Assembly: GCA_963818475.1 (NCBI GenBank)
Contig: CAWFSF010000002.1
Coordinates: forward strand, 480,001 to 544,000
Reading direction: 5' to 3'
Source: Nitrospirota bacterium
Lineage (GTDB): Bacteria > Nitrospirota > UBA9217
Length of the DNA stretch: 64,000 bases
Shown: piece after piece, positions 8,195-18,080 of the stretch
Position numbering within the stretch: the stretch's first letter is position 1
How the letters are laid out: the number at the start of each line of letters is the position of its first letter
The notes under the pieces: model-generated
The model's input: the letters and a program-made list of their open reading frames with translations, nothing else
Told to the model about the DNA's origin: nothing
Databases searched by the model: none
Translations under genes and position numbers: made by a program

Positions 8195-8356
8195 ACAAGC
8201 TTTTCTAATTCGTTGCTCATGATTTTACCGTATTCTATGTACCATGCCTTTGCCTCCGGATCCTATTTTCCCTGCTGCGCCCCTGACCTTCTCCCTTAAA
8301 GCTTTGTCGCCATATCCAATACGCACGGGACCCATGGTGTTCAGGTCTACTTTCAT
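8195..8356 (-). pseudogene. Remnant of a small hypothetical gene (VRIGYGDKALREKVRGAAGK-[W]-DPEAKAWYIEYGKI...), interrupted by the IS
   Basis: Manual translation with one frameshift/stop near 8263. After removing the IS the frame continues as ...ELEKLVILETQVIKSGL to a TAA at 6282-6284. Confidence 0.55.
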
Positions 8357-8401
8357 GTCATCTTACTAAAATACTTTCGGACCCTTCAAAATTCAGCCGC
8401 A

Positions 8402-8857
8402 TCAGCACCAATCGGGATTAGCTGCGGTTATCATCGACTTTGCCGCCAGGATCATCTCATCCAGGTCTTCCAGGTTCACGCTCTTGGCGTCCTGTTCATG
8501 GATGTAGCGCCACCGGGCAAAGGCGGTGTCGAGTGTTTCGAAGTGTTTCAGCAGCTCGTCCGAGGACAGCGCCGTGTTGGAGAACTCGTCGAACCTGACG
8601 AGGAGCGTCTTCCGGGTCTCGTCCTTCATACGCCGAAACAGACCGGCCAGGGGCATGGGGTCGTCGCTGTCGTTGTCCTCGAGCGCCAGCAGGCACTTGA
8701 AGTAGAGCTTGAGCGCCAGGGCGGCGCAGGTCACCGCGGGCTGGGCCATCGACAGGAATGTTCCGTCCGCCTGTTTCGACGGTTTCATGAGGATCGTAGC
8801 CCCAAGGTAGTAAGCGTTTGCAGAGTTGTAGTACAACAGCGCGTTTGCCTTGTCCAT
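8402..8857 (-). CDS. HEPN-like fold hypothetical protein
   Basis: PAVTCAALALKLYFKCLL ... LAGLF ... AFARWRY pattern resembles HEPN-family helical proteins; start at MDKAN after AGGAGG. Confidence 0.6.
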   Translation of the reverse strand: MDKANALLYYNSANAYYLGATILMKPSKQADGTFLSMAQPAVTCAALALKLYFKCLLALEDNDSDDPMPLAGLFRRMKDETRKTLLVRFDEFSNTALSSDELLKHFETLDTAFARWRYIHEQDAKSVNLEDLDEMILAAKSMITAANPDWC

Positions 8858-8905
8858 CTTCTCCTCCTTGCATTCGGACAACTGCGCCAAAAAGGTTGGG
8901 GATCG

Positions 8906-10465
8906 TTAATTCGCCTTCCCCTTGCTGTCCTTCTCGCCTTCCTTCTTCTCCGTCATCGCCCCCAGATAGCTCGGCAGCTCCACCCCCGCCATCCTGGCAA
9001 CGTCCTGCAGCGGCGGAATGCTGCGCACGAGGCTCGACAGGAAATTGGACGTGGACGAACTGCCGTCGCCGTGGCCGCCTGCCGAATCCCAGACCGTCAC
9101 CTTGTCGATCTTGATGTTCTTGATGGCTTCCACCTGCATGGACACGATCTGCTCGATCTTCTCGGTCATGAGCAGCGTCGCAACCGCCCGGGCGTCGCCG
9201 TTGCAGCTCTTGACCAGGTTCTGATACCCCGCGGCCTTGCTCTCCAGCACCTGCCTGATGCCCTTTGCCTCGGCCTCGTACTTGAGCAGGATGCCGTCGG
9301 CCACGCCGCGCGCCTCGCGCCGGGTCTTCTCGGCCTCTGCCTCGGCCGCGATCTCGATCATCCTCTTATCGATCTCCTGCTTCACCACTTCTTCGGCGTT
9401 CAGGCGCTCCTGTTCCGCGCGGTACTGGGCCTTCTGGATCTCCACCTCGGCCTCGCGTTTGGCCACTTCGCCCTTCTGCAGCGCCTCGGCCTGGCGCATG
9501 GCGAGCTCGGCATTGGTCGCCGCGATATCGGCCTTGGCCTTGTTCTCGCCCGTGACCGCTTCCGCTTCCTGCGCCTGCACATACACGCGGCGGTCGGCCT
9601 CGGCTTTTTTCTTTCCCTTTTCGGACAGGGCCACGTTCTCGGCGATCCGGATCTCCTTCTCCCGGTTGGCGTCGGCTTCGCCGATCGATGCCGCGGTCTC
9701 CTGCTGCTGCACGAACACGCGGCGGTCCGCATCGGCCCGCTTCTTTCCCTTTTCCGATTCGGCCGTGTTCTCGGCGACCTTGATCTCCTTGTCCCGGTTG
9801 GCCACGGCCTGGCCGATGGCGCCCATCTTGTCCTGCTCCGCCACATCGACTTTCGCGCGGTTGATGGCTTCCGAGGCCGCCTTCTTTCCGATGCTCTGGA
9901 TGTAGTCGGACTCGTCGGTGATGTCCGTGATGTTCACGTTGATGAGGTACAGGCCGATCTTGTTCAGCTCCGGCTCCACGTTCTTCCTGATGGACTCGAG
10001 GAAGCTTTCCCGGTCCTGGTTGATCTGCTCGATGGTGAGCGACGCGACGGTCAGGCGCAGCTGGCCGAAGATGATCTCCTTGGCCATGTCCTCGATGCGC
10101 TGGGGCGGAAGGTTCAGGAGCCGCTCGGCCGCGTTGTTCATGGTGTTCTTGTCAACGCTGATGCCCACGGTGAAGGTGCTCGGCACGTTGATGCGGATGT
10201 TCTGGAGCGAAAGCGCGCCCTGGAGCGGAATGCTGATGGTGATCGGCGTGAGGCTCATGTAGGCCGAGTCCTGGATCAGCGGCCAGACCAGGGCGCCGCC
10301 GCCGTGGATGCACCGGGCCGACTGCCCCTCCCCCACTTTTCCGTACACCACGAGGATCATGTCCGAGGGGCACCGCTTGTACCGCGACGCCAGGAACACG
10401 ACTGTTGAGACCACCAGAATGATCAGTGCCGCGATCGGAAGGACCCACAAACCCATGTTGAACAT
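8906..10465 (-). CDS. Flotillin / SPFH (band 7) family protein
   Basis: N-terminal TM, SPFH core (IIFGQLRLTVASLTIEQIN, NVNITDITD), AEA-rich coiled coil, NIKIDKVTVWDS. Confidence 0.95.
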   Translation of the reverse strand: MFNMGLWVLPIAALIILVVSTVVFLASRYKRCPSDMILVVYGKVGEGQSARCIHGGGALVWPLIQDSAYMSLTPITISIPLQGALSLQNIRINVPSTFTVGISVDKNTMNNAAERLLNLPPQRIEDMAKEIIFGQLRLTVASLTIEQINQDRESFLESIRKNVEPELNKIGLYLINVNITDITDESDYIQSIGKKAASEAINRAKVDVAEQDKMGAIGQAVANRDKEIKVAENTAESEKGKKRADADRRVFVQQQETAASIGEADANREKEIRIAENVALSEKGKKKAEADRRVYVQAQEAEAVTGENKAKADIAATNAELAMRQAEALQKGEVAKREAEVEIQKAQYRAEQERLNAEEVVKQEIDKRMIEIAAEAEAEKTRREARGVADGILLKYEAEAKGIRQVLESKAAGYQNLVKSCNGDARAVATLLMTEKIEQIVSMQVEAIKNIKIDKVTVWDSAGGHGDGSSSTSNFLSSLVRSIPPLQDVARMAGVELPSYLGAMTEKKEGEKDSKGKAN

Positions 10466-10733
10466 ACGACCTCCTTAGATTAATCTTGTTCGAAATCGAC
10501 CAAATTTTTGTCAAAAGGCAAAACATTTTCACCGCGAAGGCGCGAAGGACGCGAGGACGTCAAAGCTACAACGATACTCTCTACAGACAGGACTCAAGGT
10601 TTCCTCGCGACCCTTTTAGACATTAAAGATTTTCTCTCGACGGCTGCGCTATTTTGGCGAGCGTCTCCGCGGACAACAAACTCTTGCGAGTACAGAGGCT
10701 TTTCTAGATCTGCGGCTAAGGACTATGTTCTGT

Positions 10734-11327
10734 TCACATCTTCTCAACAACCAGCACGCTGCCATTCACTTCCAGGACCCTGATCCGCTCGCCGGTTTTG
10801 ATCTCCGCTCCGTCCTTTGCCGTTGCCTCGAACTCGCGCGGCCTGCCTTGCAGCGAGACCTGCACCTTGCCCGCCCCTTGCGCGCGGATCGTCAGATAGA
10901 CCGTTCCCTGCTCTCCGATTGCAGCCGCATTGTCCATGGTGCCGCTGGACTGGAGCTTCTTGACGGACGAGAAGATCCTGCCGATGAGCCAGACCGTCCC
11001 CATCCCTGCAACGAGCGCGGCTGCCAGGGCCACGCCGCCGCTTGCATGGCTTTCGCGCAGCATGGCGAAACCGACCAGGCCGAACATCATGAAGAACGCG
11101 GTCAATCCCTGGAGCGTCAGCAGCTTGAAGCTGACGTCGGCATCAATATGGTCCACGTCTGCATGGCCCACCTCGAGATCTGCGTCCGCGTTAGTGTCGC
11201 CGCCCCCGAAAAGCTGGACCGCGAACCTGACGATGAACAGCCCTCCGCCGATTACCGCGCATACTATGAAAAAAAGCTCAAGACCGCTGAATTCCGTACC
11301 TGCACCACTCATGACGTTCGCCTCCAC
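10734..11327 (-). CDS. NfeD-like membrane protein (flotillin partner)
   Basis: TMs plus C-terminal OB fold (GTVYLTI..GKVQV..REFEA); directly upstream of the flotillin gene. Confidence 0.9.
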   Translation of the reverse strand: MEANVMSGAGTEFSGLELFFIVCAVIGGGLFIVRFAVQLFGGGDTNADADLEVGHADVDHIDADVSFKLLTLQGLTAFFMMFGLVGFAMLRESHASGGVALAAALVAGMGTVWLIGRIFSSVKKLQSSGTMDNAAAIGEQGTVYLTIRAQGAGKVQVSLQGRPREFEATAKDGAEIKTGERIRVLEVNGSVLVVEKM

Positions 11328-11589
11328 TGTTCTGATGCTGCGATTTGATCGGCATTGCAGATCGTATACATAAAACTATGGAAAGAGTATGTGAATAGGC
11401 ATTTGTTGTCAAGGAAATACAGGTATACCGGGGAGGGCAATTTAAGGGTAATGAAAAGTGCAGGGTACAGGGATCGGGGGGACAGGGTCTCGTGGTGCGG
11501 GTTCAAGGTCGAAGGTGCCATGCAAACAGCAACAAAAAACGCGCTGAACTTTCCAGCGCGCTCTCCGTTCATTCCTCTAAAAAAGGCTT

Positions 11590-12114
11590 CTACTCTGCCC
11601 GCTCCCAGTCGACGCGGGCCAGTTTGTTATCATGAGAAAAGTGGTATGCCACTTCGCCGTGAAAAGCCCTCTTGATGGCCTTGCCGAGCCGCTGCGCCAG
11701 CCGCTCGTTCGTGGTCGTGATGACGAGGCTGCCGCTCCCGTTCTCCTTCACCGACATCACCCGCTCCAGGGGGTTATCTCCCCGCGCCTGCTTTTCCTCG
11801 TTCTTGACGAGTCTCAGCAGTTCCTGTTTGTGCGGCAGCACATAATCACCCCGTAGCGTCACGATGCCGCCGGGTATATCGTCCTGCATCTTGTGGCATG
11901 CCGGGCAGACCAGCAACGTGATGGCAGGGTCCTGCATGAGCATGTCGTAGCGCTCGGGTTCAATGGACCATCGCTTGTTGCTGTACACGGCGTGGCACCT
12001 CTCGCAGACCGATACCTTCTTGCTGGCCCCTCTGGGAAGATAGGGGTCTGTTGTGATCGTTTTCTTTTTGTACGATGGCTTGTAGTTCTTTGCTGTGCTC
12101 GCATTCATTTTCAT
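11590..12114 (-). CDS. BCAM0308-family protein (CxxC...CPAC)
   Basis: TDPYL, VCERCHAVY, VCPACHK, NPLERVM, TTTNERLAQRLG motifs. Confidence 0.8.
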   Translation of the reverse strand: MKMNASTAKNYKPSYKKKTITTDPYLPRGASKKVSVCERCHAVYSNKRWSIEPERYDMLMQDPAITLLVCPACHKMQDDIPGGIVTLRGDYVLPHKQELLRLVKNEEKQARGDNPLERVMSVKENGSGSLVITTTNERLAQRLGKAIKRAFHGEVAYHFSHDNKLARVDWERAE

Positions 12115-12164
12115 AATTACCGCCTCCTCCTCGCGAACGCGTTACCGTTACGATCAGGATGAGC

Positions 12165-12384
12165 TCACTTCAGCTTCCGCTGGATCTCGGGAAACTCCTT
12201 CTTGAACTCAGGCATGTTCCTGGCAAGGAACAGCTCAAGCGCCTTGATCTCCGCTTTGAGGTCCTTGATCTCTTCGTCGAATTCTTTTTCGCGTTTCTTC
12301 ATGCTGTCCGCAAGGTTCGACAAGGCCTTTTCCTGGATCTTGAGCCGCTCTTCGGTGCCGATTGCAGCTCTTCCGATCGTTCAT
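12165..12384 (-). CDS. Small coiled-coil hypothetical protein (frameshift near start)
   Basis: GAGGTG RBS then ATG; main frame EERLKIQEKALSNLADSMKKREKEFDEEIKDLKAEIKALELFLARNMPEFKKEFPEIQRKLK*. Confidence 0.6.
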
Positions 12385-12401
12385 GTCACACCTCGTGTGA
12401 G

Positions 12402-12713
12402 CTATTTTTGCAGCTTCATCCCGAGCTTCTGCTCAACAGACTCAAGCTTCTTCTCGATCCGCTCTTCCTTGCCCTTGCGGTCGTCGATCTTGATGCTCGT
12501 GACCGCCCGATCAGCGTCCTTCATCACCTCCTGATGGCACTCTTTGATGATGCCCATGACCTGGTCCCACTCGCCTTCGAGCACGGTTCCCATGGGGTTC
12601 GCCTTGTAGGAAATGCCGCTCTCGGCAACGATCTTCAATACCCGTGCCACCACGGGACTGACGCTCACACCTTTACCCAGGGGCACAATGCTGAATTCCA
12701 CGAGTATGCTCAT
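12402..12713 (-). CDS. MTH1187/YkoF-like thiamine-binding protein (DUF77)
   Basis: VEFSIVPLG, SVSPVVA, PMGTVLEGEWD, IKIDDR motifs. Confidence 0.92.
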   Translation of the reverse strand: MSILVEFSIVPLGKGVSVSPVVARVLKIVAESGISYKANPMGTVLEGEWDQVMGIIKECHQEVMKDADRAVTSIKIDDRKGKEERIEKKLESVEQKLGMKLQK

Positions 12714-12902
12714 ACTTTTTTCCTCTTATCCGCAGAACGACTTACGTCGCTCCTTCCACCTCATCCTGATTCAAGTATACCGCCCTTGCCGGAGCATGTA
12801 AAGACGGTCCCGAGGCTGCTTTTCGCGCTTGTAAGCCCTTGGACCCTGTGCGATAATAAGACTGCTTTTCCCTGCTCTTCACGGATCGGCTAAACAACAA
12901 CG

Positions 12903-13676
12903 ATGGTCAGAGCTCTCATCAAAATTGCGGGGACGCTTATCCTTTTTTCCTCTACCTGTTGGCATCGCTCGCTGCGCTCGCGCTCCCGGTCTCGGGGCGC
13001 GTCAGGCGGGCATGGCTGAACAGGCTCGTGTACCTTTTTTGCCGGACTGGTGCTCCGGCTCTACGGAGTGCGCGTTACCGCAGCAGGCAGCGGGAAGCTC
13101 GCGCCGCACCGGGGACACCTGGTGGTCGCGAACCATCTCTCCTATGTTGATGTGCTCGTGATCGCGTCGCTGGCGCCTGTGGTGTTCGTCACGTCCATGG
13201 AGCTGCGGAACACTCTGCTGCTGGGCCAGCTCGCCCGGCTGAGCGGCAGCTTGTTCGTTGAGCGCCGGAAATCGTCGGGACTCAGACAGGAGATCGACGC
13301 CATCACCGGCGTGCTCATCCAGGGATTTTCCGTGGTGCTTTTTCCCGAGGGCACGACATTCAACGGCGACTGCGTCCATCCGTTCAAGCAGTCGCTCCTT
13401 GATGCAGCGATCAAGGCGAACTGCAGTATCCTGCCGGTCTGCCTTCGCTACCAGCGCGTGAACGGCAAGCCGCTTTCCGCTGCTTCGCGTGATGCGGTAT
13501 TGTATTACGGCGGCGTTTCTTTCTTTCAGCATTTCCCCCGGTTCCTTACGCTCCGCTCCGTTGAGGTGAAGATCTCGGTGCTGCACCCGATCTCTGCGGG
13601 CGCGGATGAATCGCGCAAGCAGCTTACTCTGCGCGCCCATGAGGCGATCTGCGCAGAGTATCAGGCGCTGGCGTAG
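12903..13676 (+). CDS. Lysophospholipid / 1-acyl-sn-glycerol-3-phosphate acyltransferase (5' part frameshifted)
   Basis: NHLSYVD, FVER and FPEGT acyltransferase motifs. Confidence 0.88.
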
Positions 13677-13796
13677 AACATCCTGCCATCGTTCTGCGCC
13701 CTCGCTCCCTCCGTCCCTTGCCAATGAACTGCTGCTCAGGTAGAATTAACTCATCAAAGCAGGCAGCCCAAGCGTATGAAGCCGGCCACTTCACTT

Positions 13797-13845
13797 CCCC
13801 CCTCACCTTTATCCTCTTTCCCGAGGGGAGAGGTAGGGTGAGGGG
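13797..13845. repeat. REP/PU-like palindrome CCCTCACC..CCTCT..GGGGAGAGG..GGTGAGGGG
   Basis: Inverted repeat; a related half-copy lies at 21064-21100. Confidence 0.7.
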
Positions 13846-13879
13846 TTTTCATTCGTTCCCGTCCAGATAGGAGAAAAGC

Positions 13880-14911
13880 ATGCAGCTTCATTTCACCAGA
13901 ACCAACGGCCCTGTCGATGATGCTATCGACCGGCTTATCAAGGAAGCAGGCGACGTCCAGCGCCCCGAGATCGTGCGCGAAATGGTGCTGGCGGCGCTCA
14001 AGGCGGGCCAGGAGGACGATGAACGCGCCGACCTCAAGCTCATGAACTCGACGCTCAAGGAAATGCGTTTCACGGCCAAGGTCTTCGGCCCCTACCGCGG
14101 CGTGCGCAAGGTCACGGTGTTCGGATCTGCGCGCACGAAGCCGGACACCGCGATCTATGCCATGGCGCGCGAGTTCGGCAGGAAATTGTCCGAAGCGGGG
14201 TACATGGTCATCACCGGCGGCGGCGCGGGCATCATGCAGGCGGTGAACGAGGGCGCCGGACCCGAACATTCCTTCGGCGTCAACATCAGGCTCCCCTTCG
14301 AACAAAAGGCGAACCCGGTGCTCGACGGCAACCCGCGTCTCATCACCTATAAATATTTCTTCAACCGCAAGGTGGCGTTCCTCAAGGAGGCCCATGCCGT
14401 GGCGCTCTTCCCCGGAGGGTTCGGCACGCTCGATGAGGCCATGGAAACGCTCACCCTGGTCCAGACCGGCAAGCGGGACCCCCTGCCGCTCGTTCTGGTC
14501 GATGAACCGGGCGGCAAATATTGGGACGGGCTCGTCAGATTCTTTACCGAGGAGCTCCGCTCGCATGGTTATATCGATGCTGAAGACTTTACGCTCTTCG
14601 AGCGCGCAGCATCCGCGGATGAAGCAGTCCAAAAGATCGCCCGTTTCTACCGTTGCTACCACAGCATGCGGTATGTAAACGGCCAGCTCGTGCTCCGGCT
14701 CACGTCGCCGCTCCCCCCTCAGACGGTCGCCCGTCTCTCCGAAGAATTCAGCGACATCCTTGCACCGGGGGGCGGCATGGCGATCTCGGGCCCCTTGCCT
14801 GCCGAGGCCGATGATGCCGAGCTTGCCCATCTGCCCCGTCTCGTGATTGACTTCAATCGCAGGGCTTTTGGAAGAATGCGAAACCTTATTGACCGGATCA
14901 ATGATTGCTAG
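13880..14911 (+). CDS. LOG family (TIGR00730-like) nucleotide-binding protein, long form
   Basis: VTVFGSART, ITGGGAGIM, YFFNRK, FPGGFGTLDE. Confidence 0.92.
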   Translation: MQLHFTRTNGPVDDAIDRLIKEAGDVQRPEIVREMVLAALKAGQEDDERADLKLMNSTLKEMRFTAKVFGPYRGVRKVTVFGSARTKPDTAIYAMAREFGRKLSEAGYMVITGGGAGIMQAVNEGAGPEHSFGVNIRLPFEQKANPVLDGNPRLITYKYFFNRKVAFLKEAHAVALFPGGFGTLDEAMETLTLVQTGKRDPLPLVLVDEPGGKYWDGLVRFFTEELRSHGYIDAEDFTLFERAASADEAVQKIARFYRCYHSMRYVNGQLVLRLTSPLPPQTVARLSEEFSDILAPGGGMAISGPLPAEADDAELAHLPRLVIDFNRRAFGRMRNLIDRINDC

Positions 14912-14982
14912 GTGAACATTATGCCTGTATTATTTACCACGGAGACACGGAGACACAGAGAAGGGCAAAAGGAGGGGTAACC

Positions 14983-15396
14983 ATGTATCGCTTTATACGT
15001 GTTCTTTTGATGTTCATGATCGCAGGAAGTATAGGTATTCTGTTTTGTGGGACGCCGCAGAGAGCGGGCGCTGAAACAGCCGGCAAGGAGCCCTCTGTCC
15101 AGACAAAGGAGAGCACCAAGGATACCCGGATCAAGGAGCTCAAAAAGGAGCTGGATGAACTGGACAAAAAGGCTGAAGATCTTGCCGCAAAAGCCAGCAG
15201 TGACATTGCAGAGCAGAAGAAGCAATTCAAAAAAGACCACGAGGCCGCTGTGAAAAAGCTTGATGCCCTGAAGGCCGACGCATCGCGGAAATGGGAGGAT
15301 GTGAAGCCTGAGCTGGAAGCAGCGCTCGCGAACGTGAAAAGGGCCTTCGAAAAACTGCGCTCGAAGTCAGAGGAAGAACCCAAAAGCGGCAAGTGA
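14983..15396 (+). CDS. Exported coiled-coil hypothetical protein
   Basis: AGGAGG RBS, signal-like N-terminus, K/E-rich helices. Confidence 0.75.
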   Translation: MYRFIRVLLMFMIAGSIGILFCGTPQRAGAETAGKEPSVQTKESTKDTRIKELKKELDELDKKAEDLAAKASSDIAEQKKQFKKDHEAAVKKLDALKADASRKWEDVKPELEAALANVKRAFEKLRSKSEEEPKSGK

Positions 15397-15648
15397 CGTC
15401 GCCGAAAGACTACTGCTTTGATCTTGCCGGGCGACCCTCTGAGGCCGCCCGGTAATGCCTGACTTTATCTGCGAAAATCTGCGTTCATCCGCGGCCAATG
15501 ATCGTGTTTTTGGTCATTCTTCTCCTTGCCATCGGTTAATCCTTACTGGTTTTCTCTGCCTCAAAACGCCCTTTCTGCCTAAAATCCTTGACTTTTCCGC
15601 CCTGAGTTGTTATTTTACGTGGCTACGTTGGAACGCAGCGGACCTCCT

Positions 15649-17255
15649 ATGGACTATACAGACGAAATACAGAAGCGGCGCACCTTCGCCATCATCAGCC
15701 ACCCTGACGCGGGAAAGACCACGCTGACCGAGAAGTTCCTGCTCTTCGGCGGCGCGATCCAGGTGGCGGGCGCGGTGAAGTCGAACAAGATCCGGAAGAG
15801 CACGTCCTCGGACTTCATGGACATCGAGCGCCAGCGCGGCATCTCGGTCGCCACGTCGGTCATGGGCTTCGATTACAACGGGCTCAAGATCAACCTGCTC
15901 GACACGCCGGGTCACAAGGATTTCGCCGAGGACACCTACCGCACGCTGACCGCCGTGGACAGCGTCATCCTCGTCATCGACTGCGCCAAGGGCGTGGAGG
16001 AGCAGACCCTGCGGCTCATGGAAGTCTGCCGCATGCGCAATACGCCGGTCATTGTCTTCGTGAACAAGCTCGACCGCGAAGGCAAGCACCCCTTCGAGCT
16101 CCTGGACGAACTCGAAGTGAAGCTGAACATCAAGGTCCAGCCGCTCTCCTGGCCCATCAGCATGGGCACCTCCTTCAAGGGCGTGTACAACCTCTACAAC
16201 AACAGCCTCTACCTCTTCCGTGCCGGCGGCGCAACGGTGCAGACCGACGTGCTGGAGGTCAAGGGCATTGCCGACCCGATGCTGGACCAGCAGCTCGGCG
16301 ACTATGCGGTGAAGCTCCGGGAGGACGTGGAGCTGATCGACGGCACGCACAATCCCTTTGACGTGCAGGCCTATCTGCGCGGCGAGCTCGCGCCGGTCTT
16401 CTTCGGCAGCGCCATCAACAACTTCGGCGTGAAGGAGCTCCTGGACACCTTCACCGAGATCGCGCCCACGCCCGGCAGCCGCCCCACGGACCAGCGGACC
16501 GTCAATGCCGATGAACAGGATTTCACCGGCTTCGTGTTCAAGATCCACGCGAACCTGGACCCGCGCCACCGCGACCGCATCGCCTTTATCCGCGTCTGCT
16601 CGGGCAAGTTCGAGCGGAACAAGATGTTCCTGCACGTGCGCCTGAACAAGAACATCCGCTTCACCAGCCCGGCAAGCTTCCTGGGCGCGCGGAAGAGCAT
16701 CGTGGACGAGGCCTTCCCCGGCGATGTGATCGGTCTGTACGACACGGGCAATTTCAAGATCGGCGACACGCTCACCGAAGGCGAGAAGCTCATGTTCCAG
16801 GGCATCCCGACCTTCTCCCCGGAGGTCTTCAAGGAGCTGGTGAACCGCGATCCCGGCAAGTCCAAGCAGCTCGCCAAGGGCATCGAGCAGCTCACCGACG
16901 AAGGCGTGGCCCAGCTCTTTACGCAGCACCAGGGCAACCGCAAGATCGTGGGCACCGTGGGTCAGCTGCAGTTCGACGTGCTCGCAGTACCGGCTGGAGC
17001 ATGAATACAACGCAAAATGCAGCTTCGAATCCATGGCTATCTACAAGGCATGCTGGATCACCGACAACGGACAACGCGGAGATGGAGAAGTTCTGCAGGT
17101 TCAAGTCGGACCGCATTGCCACGGACAAGGACGGCAACACGGTGTTTCTTGCTGAGTCGGAATGGGTGCTCAGGAACATGATCGAGGCTTATCCGGCCGT
17201 CAAGTTCCACTTCACGTCGGAGTTCAAGCGGGAGATGCAGGAAGTGAAGAAGTAG
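15649..17255 (+). CDS. prfC: Peptide chain release factor 3 (frameshifts near 16984 and 17062)
   Basis: [35 protein letters not shown]; the C-terminus is recoverable across frames (QYRLEHEY). Confidence 0.95.
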
Positions 17256-17267
17256 TTCACCTTATTT

Positions 17268-17756
17268 TCATTGACCGCCCCTTTCGCTGTTCTCCACCAC
17301 GACATCCTTCCTTCGAATATAGACCTTCTTATCAACAGACGCATGCAGCGCGCCGTCGGCATCAACGAGCTCAACGAGATAGGACCGCTCGACGGACGGC
17401 GAGGCTCCGGCCGCAGCCTTGATGACAGCTACCTCTTCTTCGGTCAGAATAAACTGCGCATACAACGTGCCTTTCCCCGGCCGCTTGAATCTGATCGTAG
17501 CCGCCTTGTCCCACACCACATACTCTGGTCCAAGTATCTTCATCAGCATGATCATATAGATGGGATCGACCGCAGCGTACATGCTGCCGCCGAAGATCGT
17601 GCCCACAATGTTTCTCGTCCTCCAGCTTAACGGCACCTTGATGCGCACTTCGCGCCAGTCAGACGCGATATAGGTGATGCGCGCACCCGTGCCGCGATAG
17701 GCGGGAAAGAAATTGAATCCCCAGCGCGTGAGCGTTGTTGACAGCGATTCCGGCAT
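17268..17756 (-). CDS. Hotdog-fold thioesterase-like protein (DUF4442/YiiD-like)
   Basis: NFFPAYRGTG, GTIFGGSMYAAVDP, VWDKAATIRFKRPG. Confidence 0.88.
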   Translation of the reverse strand: MPESLSTTLTRWGFNFFPAYRGTGARITYIASDWREVRIKVPLSWRTRNIVGTIFGGSMYAAVDPIYMIMLMKILGPEYVVWDKAATIRFKRPGKGTLYAQFILTEEEVAVIKAAAGASPSVERSYLVELVDADGALHASVDKKVYIRRKDVVVENSERGGQ

Positions 17757-17844
17757 GGTGTGCCCCTTCCCCTGTTGACCGACTTTACCGAACGGCGCCC
17801 GATGGAGCATCAATAAACCTGCAAACGGTAAGGGCAAGAATATT

Positions 17845-17985
17845 TCTCGCAAAGCTCGCAAAGAACGCAAAGGGAACCTTGAGTCAAAATCTTTTCCGGT
17901 TTAAAACCAAAACGCAAGCCGTGGTTTAGGATTTTCTTGGCGTCCTTTGCGGCTCGCTTAGAAGCGCCTACTTTTGGTTGCGAGA
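17845..17985. repeat. 9-bp-periodic inverted-repeat element with a 23-bp insertion in its right arm
   Basis: Left arm TCTCGCAAAGCTCGCAAAGAACGCAAAG; right arm CTTGGCGTCCTTTGCGGCT[23 bp]TTGCGAGA. Confidence 0.8.
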
Positions 17986-18080
17986 GACGCCTTTGGTTCC
18001 GGCTTATCCGGGTCAGGATAAAAGAAAGCCCATGGTATTTCATCGCCATGGGCTTTTCGTATTTGATGCGAAAACGGAGA

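Noticed and set aside
8498-10408. Long antisense ORFs (636 aa here; also 15610-17034, 17937-19562, 27645-28673, 31731-32804)
   Set aside because: These are shadow frames opposite well-supported high-GC genes, with no motifs or RBS.
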